This document shows, piece by piece, positions 58,008-64,000 of a stretch of 64,000 bases of DNA; within the stretch, counting starts at the first letter, position 1; every line of letters begins with the position of its first letter. Origin of the DNA: Clostridium sp. CAG:465 (GTDB lineage: Bacteria > Bacillota > Clostridia > TANB77 > CAG-465); assembly GCA_000433755.1 (NCBI GenBank), contig FR891276.1:2544-66543 (forward strand), given 5' to 3'. A program made the translations under genes and the position numbers. Below the pieces are notes generated by a model. The model did not search any database. It was not told where the DNA came from and saw only the letters and a program-made list of their open reading frames with translations.

Positions 58008-59096
58008 TTACAGCTGTAAAATGTTGTTTTTTAGATTATCAAAATATGCTTTGTTATATAAATATTTTTGATCGTCTGGTCTTATTTTACCTACTAATTC
58101 GTTATATTCCATTGCCTTTTTATAATTTCCTATTTTATCATAACACAAACATAATCCAAGATAAGGTATATAATCATAACATTCCAAATTTTCAAATCTA
58201 CCACTATTTATATCTTGTTTTAAATTAATAGCCATATTATACCAATATATTGCTATATCGTATTTTTCCTTTTGTATAAAATAATTTGCTACTTCACAAC
58301 AAATATTGGCTCTAGGTGCGTCATATTCTAGACTTTTTAATAGAAATCTAATTTGATTTTTATAATCGTTTATGTTATAAAAACAACGACTAATTTCAAT
58401 ACATGCATCTATTTTATTTTCAACCCATGCCTCATCCATATTTAAAAAATCCCTATATTCTTTAATAGAGTCTTCATACATTCCATGATAATATAATTCT
58501 CTAGCATAATAATATTGCTGTCTTGCATCAAGCTTAATTCCATTATTTATCATTTTTTTAAATATATTTAAATTTCTTTTACTATACTCTTTCTTTACAC
58601 TTTTATGTGATATTGCAATATTTGAGTATAGTATATTTCCTGTAGGAACAATAACTTCATGAACAGGGCTTACCCATTTGTATTTATTGTTATTTTTAAC
58701 TAATCTTTCTCTATTATATGAAAAAGTAGGATTTCCATTTTTATCATAGACTGTGTTATATTTCATCATTACAATATCTATATTCTTGTCTAAAGTCTTC
58801 TTTAGTGAAATAAACATTTCTCTATCTTTTTTTAATATAACATCATCTGCATCAAGCCATAATATATATTCTTTTGTTGCCTTTGAAAAAGAAAAATTCC
58901 TTGCTTTTGAGAAATCATCACACCATTTAAAGTCATACACATTATTTGTATATCTTTGTACTATTTCTTTTGTTTTATCTTTAGAACCAGTATCTACAAT
59001 AATTATTTCATCTACTAAATTTTTAACACTTCTTAAACATCTCTCAATTACTTTTTCTTCATTTTTTACTATCATACATAAACTTATACTAATCAT
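58008..59096 (-). CDS. Family 2 glycosyltransferase fused to TPR repeats
   Basis: 362 aa. ISLCMIVKNEE...IIIVDTGSKDKT...WLDADD GT2 core. TPR-like C-terminal half (YYYARELYYHGMYEDSI.., AIYWYNMAINL..). Confidence 0.8.
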   Translation of the reverse strand: MISISLCMIVKNEEKVIERCLRSVKNLVDEIIIVDTGSKDKTKEIVQRYTNNVYDFKWCDDFSKARNFSFSKATKEYILWLDADDVILKKDREMFISLKKTLDKNIDIVMMKYNTVYDKNGNPTFSYNRERLVKNNNKYKWVSPVHEVIVPTGNILYSNIAISHKSVKKEYSKRNLNIFKKMINNGIKLDARQQYYYARELYYHGMYEDSIKEYRDFLNMDEAWVENKIDACIEISRCFYNINDYKNQIRFLLKSLEYDAPRANICCEVANYFIQKEKYDIAIYWYNMAINLKQDINSGRFENLECYDYIPYLGLCLCYDKIGNYKKAMEYNELVGKIRPDDQKYLYNKAYFDNLKNNILQL

Positions 59097-59097
59097 A

Positions 59098-59134
59098 AAA
59101 AGCCTCCTTAATACTATGGTATTAAAAAGGCTTT
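59098..59134 (-). terminator. Terminator-like hairpin whose 3' arm contains the SD of the GT2-TPR gene
   Basis: On the minus strand: AAAGCCTTTTTAATAC-CATA-GTATTAAGGAGGCTTT, 16 bp including two G-U pairs, then TTTTT and ATG 59096. Confidence 0.55.
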
Positions 59135-59147
59135 TATTTAGAATGAA

Positions 59148-59471
59148 TTATATATAATTTTTAATTTCTTCATATATACAATAATTAATTATTTTTGTAA
59201 TAGAAATATTGTATTTTTTAGTAAAATCAGAAATAGGGTCATATAAACTTTTATATATTCGTATTTTAACTTGCTCCCCTTCTTCCCTTTTGTATATATT
59301 TATTTTATTTAAGTTTTCTTTAAAATTATTTTTTATTGCCTGATTTATAAATTCATTAAAACTTATTTCTTTGTTTTTTATTATTCTTTCAATCTCTTCT
59401 TTACATGTTATAGAAATTTCCATAGTCATATATACTCTTTTTTCGTTAAATTCTTTCATAGTTTCCCCCAT
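59148..59471 (-). CDS. Putative tandem ribbon-helix-helix (CopG-like) DNA-binding protein
   Basis: 107 aa. Two RHH-like modules: KRVYMTMEISITCKEEIERIIKNKEISFNEFINQAIKNNF and VKIRIYKSLYDPISDFTKKYNISITKIINYCIYEEI. The start may be ATG 59459. Confidence 0.45.
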   Translation of the reverse strand: MGETMKEFNEKRVYMTMEISITCKEEIERIIKNKEISFNEFINQAIKNNFKENLNKINIYKREEGEQVKIRIYKSLYDPISDFTKKYNISITKIINYCIYEEIKNYI

Positions 59472-59712
59472 TTTTGAAAAATATAAATATATTATACATT
59501 CTTTAATAGTTTTTAAATAGTGTCAAAAAAACGCTTTTTATTGCCTAAATGTGTTGATTTTATTTCTATAAAGAATTATAATTATTCTATACATATAGAT
59601 AAAATTAATATTTTATAAATATTTTATAATTTTTAATAAAAATATATAAATATGCATATAAATTAATATATTTTTTACAAATATGTAAATAAATGGTAAA
59701 GGAGGTTTTGTT

Positions 59713-60249
59713 CTGAAAATAAATGAAGACTTAAGGAATTATCTTGATAGTATAACATTAAATTACTCTATTACTATTACAGATACAAATAATATGATAT
59801 ATTCAAATAGCTTAAATAGTAACGAAGAAATTTCAAATAAGCTAAAAGAGCAGTTATATAAAATATATAATGATAAAAAAATAATGAAGTACTTCAAAGA
59901 AATAGATAAACTAGAAAAGAATAATATTGAATACTCACAAAATGTTATATTAAAAAAAGATCTTACAAAAAGCAAAATCATAGATTATGACTATCTAATA
60001 CAAAAATTGGTATATACTCAGAATACAAATATACCAATTCTAAATTCAAAAAACTTAGAGGGATATTCTTTAAAATGCATAATTCCAATTAATAACGATT
60101 TTTTTAAAGGCTCTTTAATAATTCAGACAAATGAATATAAAATGTCATCAGAGATAAAGGAATCATTTTTCAGATTCTGTTATGGTTTGTTTTTTATAGT
60201 TCAAAACTATATTTTATATGGTAGTTATGAGCAATATAGATTATTTTAA
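59713..60249 (+). CDS. Hypothetical protein; probable non-ATG (CTG) start
   Basis: The track ORF starts at ATG 59794 with no SD. The frame is open from 59689, and AAAGGAGG (59698-59705) sits 7 nt before an in-frame CTG at 59713 (LKINEDLRNYLDSITL...). Confidence 0.5.
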   Translation: MKINEDLRNYLDSITLNYSITITDTNNMIYSNSLNSNEEISNKLKEQLYKIYNDKKIMKYFKEIDKLEKNNIEYSQNVILKKDLTKSKIIDYDYLIQKLVYTQNTNIPILNSKNLEGYSLKCIIPINNDFFKGSLIIQTNEYKMSSEIKESFFRFCYGLFFIVQNYILYGSYEQYRLF

Positions 60250-60314
60250 AAAAGAGTAGCAAAGTCAATTTTATTTCATTAAATATACTATAAGGAGTTA
60301 TATTTAATGAAAGG

Positions 60315-60908
60315 ATGATACTTTTGTTTGAATTACTATCCGGAGCTCTTTTTAGTATATCAGCAAATATTGACAATATACCAATTGGGCTTTCTTATGG
60401 AGTTAAAAAAGTTCATATTTCTATATTAAAAAATATAATAATATGTATTTTTACTTCATGTGCAACTTTTTTATCTATGATTATTGGACAAAATATAGCT
60501 AATCTATTTGATATTAAAATCACAAATATGATAGGCTCTATTTTATTAATATTTTTAGGGATATTTCCTCTTTTTAAAAAATTTTACAAAATATGTAGAA
60601 ATAATAAAAGATGCATTAAAGAAATAAAACAAAAAGAAGAGCAAAATAACAGTTACATAACTTTAAAAGAATTAATAGCTATAATACTTACACTATCATT
60701 AAATAATATTGCTGCTGGTATTGCTGCAAGCATCACAGGAGTTAATGTAATTTCTACAACTATTTGTACTTTTATATTTGGTTCAATATTCCTTTTTATT
60801 GGAAATAATCTAGGGAAAAAAATTAACAATAAATTAGTTGAGAAATATTCTGAAATAATTTCTTCCATTATTCTGATATTAATAGGAATTATGGAGTTAT
60901 TCATATAA
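60315..60908 (+). CDS. MntP/YtaF-family (DUF204) membrane protein
   Basis: 197 aa. Two halves, each with an N[IN]..G pattern (SANIDNIPIGLSYG; SLNNIAAGIAASITG), as in DUF204 proteins. Confidence 0.7.
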   Translation: MILLFELLSGALFSISANIDNIPIGLSYGVKKVHISILKNIIICIFTSCATFLSMIIGQNIANLFDIKITNMIGSILLIFLGIFPLFKKFYKICRNNKRCIKEIKQKEEQNNSYITLKELIAIILTLSLNNIAAGIAASITGVNVISTTICTFIFGSIFLFIGNNLGKKINNKLVEKYSEIISSIILILIGIMELFI

Positions 60909-60910
60909 AT

Positions 60911-60949
60911 AAGTGAACTTTTATTTTCTAAGTTCACTTATATTTTTAT
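60911..60949 (+). terminator. Rho-independent terminator after the MntP/YtaF-like gene
   Basis: AAGTGAACTT-N9-AAGTTCACTT followed by a T-rich tract. Confidence 0.8.
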
Positions 60950-60969
60950 ATTTAAATAATCTATCTAGA

Positions 60970-61013
60970 AGAAAATAAACTTCAAAGCACTTTATATATA
61001 GTACTCTGAAGTT
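60970..61013. terminator. Hairpin downstream of tRNA-Trp
   Basis: AACTTCAAAG ... CTCTGAAGTT (one mismatch), with T-rich tracts on both strands. Confidence 0.5.
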
Positions 61014-61025
61014 TTAAATTTTTAT

Positions 61026-61099
61026 TGGCAGGGGTGGAAGGAATCGAACCCTCCTCTGGAGTTTTGGAGACTCTTATTCTACCGATGAACTACACCCCT
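61026..61099 (-). tRNA. tRNA-Trp (anticodon CCA), CCA end encoded
   Basis: Hand-folded cloverleaf: acceptor AGGGGTG/CACCCCT, D arm GTTC/GAAT, anticodon loop CTCCAAA (CCA at 61067-61065), T arm GAGGG-TTCGATT-CCTTC, discriminator G plus CCA. Confidence 0.9.
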
Positions 61100-61155
61100 A
61101 TATATATGTTACAACAAATATTGTAACATTATTTTTTTCTTTTTGCAATACTTTT

Positions 61156-61975
61156 TTATAATTTTATTAATTTAAATCCAGTATAATCACAACCAACCAT
61201 TACATACTGCACTCCATCAATCATACCTTCTTTAATCAGCGAATGTGCAAAGCCATGTAAATGCCCATAAATACATTTTTTAACTCCGTATTCTTCTAGT
61301 ATATTTTTAAAATTACCTGTAAAGGGTGGAAAATGCATAGCTACAAGAATATCTTTATCTATTCCTTTTTCTAAATAACTTGTTTTTATTTCCATTCCTT
61401 TATCAAGCGATATTCTAAGTCTTCCTTCTTCTCTTCTAATTATTTTTTTTTCAAGTTCTTTATCTTTACTTTCACATTCCTTTTTCTAAATAACTTCTTT
61501 TTATTTCCATACCTTTATCAAGTGATATTCTAAGCCTTCCTTCTTCTCTTCTAATTATTTTTTTTTCAAGTTCTTTATCTTTACTTTCAGTTTTTCCCCA
61601 ACCTCTGGTACCACAAATAATATACTTTTCTGTATCAATTGCATCATTATACAGAACTTTTATTGTATTAAATCCATTTTCATTTAAAAAATTATTTACT
61701 TTAGTCTTTGTAGAAAAATAGTAATCATGATTGCCCTTTAATATAATTTTATTACCTTTTAATTTATTTATGAATTCGAAATCTTTAACTGTTTCCTTAA
61801 AAGTCATCCCCCATGAAATATCTCCAGGAATAATAATAACATCACCATCTAGAGCCACACTATTCCAATTTTCCTTAACCTTTTCTTCATAATTTTTCCA
61901 TTTACTACCAAAGATATCCATTGGTTTATTTACTCCAAATGATAAATGTAAATCCGATATTCCATACACATTCAT
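61156..61975 (-). pseudogene. Calcineurin-like metallophosphoesterase gene split by a 115-bp-period tandem duplication
   Basis: The N-terminal ORF (167 aa) carries GISDLHL, PGDISW and KGNHDYY. The C-terminal ORF (79 aa) carries MHFPPF and GHLHG. Both ORFs encode the duplicated ESKDKELEKKIIRREEGRLRISLDKGMEIK[RT]SYLEKG segment. Confidence 0.75.
61361..61589. repeat. Tandem direct duplication: two 114-bp copies separated by one base
   Basis: Copy 61361-61474 versus copy 61476-61589, 110/114 identical. Mismatches are at 61382/61497, 61396/61511, 61408/61523 and 61420/61535. The period of 115 is not a multiple of 3. Confidence 0.9.
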
Positions 61976-61990
61976 GTAACACTGTCCCCT

Positions 61991-62509
61991 TTATTTAAAA
62001 AAACTCTCTTCACTTACTTTATATGTAAGCCTATCCCAGTTTAAAACATATTCATCATATTTTTCTTTCATCTTTTTATCTTCTAAAATTTCAATATCCA
62101 AACTTTCTAAAAAATTACCTAATTCAATTTTTATAAGATCATGTTCTACATTTTCATCTATATCTTTGCTTAATTCAATTAAATATCCATATCCTACAAC
62201 ATAATCTAAATTAATAAAAATATCATAATCTAATTTAGCTTTACTTCTTGTTCTGTACCATTTCACACTAGTTTCATAACCAATAGATTTTAAAATATTT
62301 TCCATACTTTTTGAGTACTTACTTTCTATTTTAACATAATTTTCACCTGAGTCCAAACTGCAATATCTTTTGGTTTTCATAAATCTAAAATTATTATCGT
62401 TAAAAATGTAAATAATCTGTTTTTCTGTATGTAAAACATCATTATACTTCTCAATAAGTTCTTTATACTTATCTGCTTTTAAAAAAGTTCTAAGTGTAAC
62501 TTTAGCCAT
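61991..62509 (-). CDS. CYTH-like (CyaB/triphosphate tunnel) domain protein, N-terminal motif degenerate
   Basis: 172 aa. VKWYRTRSKAKLDYDIFINLDYVVGYGYLIELSK resembles the CYTH K.R...lD.v.glG.f.EiE block. No ExExK at the N-terminus. Confidence 0.4.
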   Translation of the reverse strand: MAKVTLRTFLKADKYKELIEKYNDVLHTEKQIIYIFNDNNFRFMKTKRYCSLDSGENYVKIESKYSKSMENILKSIGYETSVKWYRTRSKAKLDYDIFINLDYVVGYGYLIELSKDIDENVEHDLIKIELGNFLESLDIEILEDKKMKEKYDEYVLNWDRLTYKVSEESFFK

Positions 62510-62526
62510 TTTGTCTCCTCCATTAA

Positions 62527-63528
62527 TTACATATCAATTTTTAGGTTTGCAACAGCGTTTAAATCCATTTTATCTTTTATATTGTAATATTTTCCAGCTT
62601 CATAATTATAACTTGCTGCCACCCCAACCATTGCTGCATTATCAGTACAATATTTAAGTCCTGGCATATATACTTTAAAGTTATTTTCATCTGCTTTCTG
62701 TTTAAGAAGTTCTCTAAGATAGCTATTTGCAGATACTCCACCTGCAAGTACAACTTCTTTTAAGTTCATATCTTTCATTACAGTAATAGTTGTGTCTACA
62801 AGTTCCTCACATACTGTTGTTTCAAAAGAACAAGCTAAATCTTCTTTTCTCAAATTTTCTCCTTCTTTATGTGCAAGGTTTATAACCGCAGTCTTTATTC
62901 CACTAAAACTAAAATCATAGTTATCAAATTTAGTTTTTGGAAGTTTATATGTATTTTTTCCACTACTTGCAAGTTTTGACACCTCTGGTCCACCAGGATA
63001 TGGAAGGCCAAGAACTCTTGCAACTTTATCAAAAGCTTCACCAACAGCATCATCACGAGTTTTAGCTATCATTTTAAATTTAGTATAGTCCTCAACATAT
63101 ACTAAGCTTGTATGTCCACCTGAAACAACTAAAGATAAAAATGGTGGTTTTAATTCTGGATATGAAATATAATTTGCTGCAATATGTCCATGCATATGAT
63201 TAGTTGGAACAATAGGTATATTAAGTGCATATGCAAGAGATTTTGCATATGCCACACCAACAAGTAACGCTCCAACAAGACCTGGTCCATATGTAACTCC
63301 AATATAATCAATATCTGAGAATGTTATATTAGCTGTATTAAGAGCTTCTTCTACAACAAATGGTATATTTGATATATGCTCTCTTGAAGCTATCTCAGGA
63401 ACTACTCCACCATATTTTTTGTGTATATCTATTTGTGTCGATACTATATTAGCTAAAACTTCTCTTTTATCCTTAATAATAGCAACAGCTGTTTCATCAC
63501 AGCTACTTTCTATACTTAAACAAATCAT
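62527..63528 (-). CDS. tsaD: tRNA N6-adenosine threonylcarbamoyltransferase
   Basis: ATG 63528 (MICLSIESSCDETAVAII) after GGAGA. HMHGHI, GGHT and GGVSAN motifs. Confidence 0.93.
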   Translation of the reverse strand: MICLSIESSCDETAVAIIKDKREVLANIVSTQIDIHKKYGGVVPEIASREHISNIPFVVEEALNTANITFSDIDYIGVTYGPGLVGALLVGVAYAKSLAYALNIPIVPTNHMHGHIAANYISYPELKPPFLSLVVSGGHTSLVYVEDYTKFKMIAKTRDDAVGEAFDKVARVLGLPYPGGPEVSKLASSGKNTYKLPKTKFDNYDFSFSGIKTAVINLAHKEGENLRKEDLACSFETTVCEELVDTTITVMKDMNLKEVVLAGGVSANSYLRELLKQKADENNFKVYMPGLKYCTDNAAMVGVAASYNYEAGKYYNIKDKMDLNAVANLKIDM

Positions 63529-63544
63529 CTGATTATCTCCTTTA

Positions 63545-64000
63545 TTACAACATAATAAATTTTGATAGAAGTCCAAGTACGAAACTTACAATTGGGCTTA
63601 CTAATTTACTTCCTATCCCTGTAACTAAAATTACAAGTACAATTACAAAAGAATATTGTTCTATTTTATACATATACTCTCTTCCTTTTGCTGGTAAGAA
63701 AAAATACAATATTCTAGATCCATCAAATGGAGGAATTGGTATTAAATTAAATATTGCAAAAACAACATTAAATTGAATAGTAAGAATAAACATATTTAAT
63801 ATAATTGATCCTACCACAGAATTCATTGTTGGTAATATTACACCTGTTATAAGCAAAATTTTAAGTATTATAGTAAATAAAATAGCCATTATAATATTAG
63901 AAAAAGGACCTGCAAAAGCTGTTAATGCATTACCAGCTGCTTTATTTTTAAAGTTCCTATCATCAATCATTACAGGTTTTCCCCAACCAAATCCAAATAA
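63545..64000 (-). CDS. Site-2 protease family (M50) membrane metalloprotease, partial: N-terminus beyond the window end
   Basis: The frame stays open to the window edge (..FGFGWGKPVMIDDRNFKN..). FNLIPIPPFDGSRIL motif. The HExxH part would lie outside the window. Confidence 0.8.
   Translation of the reverse strand, partial: LFGFGWGKPVMIDDRNFKNKAAGNALTAFAGPFSNIIMAILFTIILKILLITGVILPTMNSVVGSIILNMFILTIQFNVVFAIFNLIPIPPFDGSRILYFFLPAKGREYMYKIEQYSFVIVLVILVTGIGSKLVSPIVSFVLGLLSKFIML

Noticed and set aside
60250-60314. Possible yybP-ykoY (manganese) riboswitch upstream of the MntP/YtaF-like gene, prompted by AAGAGTAGC.
   Set aside because: Only about 65 nt are available. The second conserved half (..UUGACAUA..GCAAGACC-like elements) is absent, so this is a partial chance match.
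60653-60937. 94-aa minus-strand ORF, plus other short overlapping ORFs: 15969-16181, 40463-40784, 893-1090, 52119-52334, 57983-58228, 59763-59981 and 60194-60376.
   Set aside because: They overlap better-supported genes or AT-rich intergenic DNA, lack an SD and have implausible composition.

Overview
The window is strongly AT-rich and densely coding, and looks like the chromosome of a low-GC Firmicute of the Clostridia type under the standard genetic code. About 56 of about 67 coding regions lie on the minus strand.

Recognisable housekeeping blocks:
- fmt ... rlmN-prpC-prkC-rsgA-rpe-mtnN-pfkA
- hrcA-grpE-dnaK-dnaJ, behind a sigma-A promoter plus a CIRCE operator
- murD, uvrC and spoVG
- murB-yvcK-(GDE-like)-ruvC, and ftsY
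- marR plus a heterodimeric ABC exporter
- nrdD-(small ORF)-nrdG-nrdR, with NrdR boxes
- ppaC, plsY, der, tsaD and one tRNA-Trp(CCA)

I saw no rRNA, CRISPR array, transposase or integrase.

The most unusual locus is the anaerobic class III ribonucleotide reductase. The large NrdD body stops just after its zinc site. The glycyl-radical loop (RRITGYL...FNNAKRAEEHDRVKH) sits on a separately translated 89-aa ORF directly upstream of nrdG. The NrdD body also carries three tandem 34-aa modules.

Other notable points:
- an Rpe::AlkD-like fusion
- a metallophosphoesterase gene broken by a 115-bp-period tandem duplication
- a patatin-like lipase gene with a 1-nt frameshift
- replacement of the expected rsmB position by a plus-strand repeat protein with a coupled 30-aa ORF
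- a membrane-anchored, motif-divergent YvcK tightly coupled to a degenerate GDE-like protein
- a UvrC lacking the C-terminal HhH2 domain
- a single-ACT aspartokinase

All family assignments come from reading motifs by eye. No database search was run.
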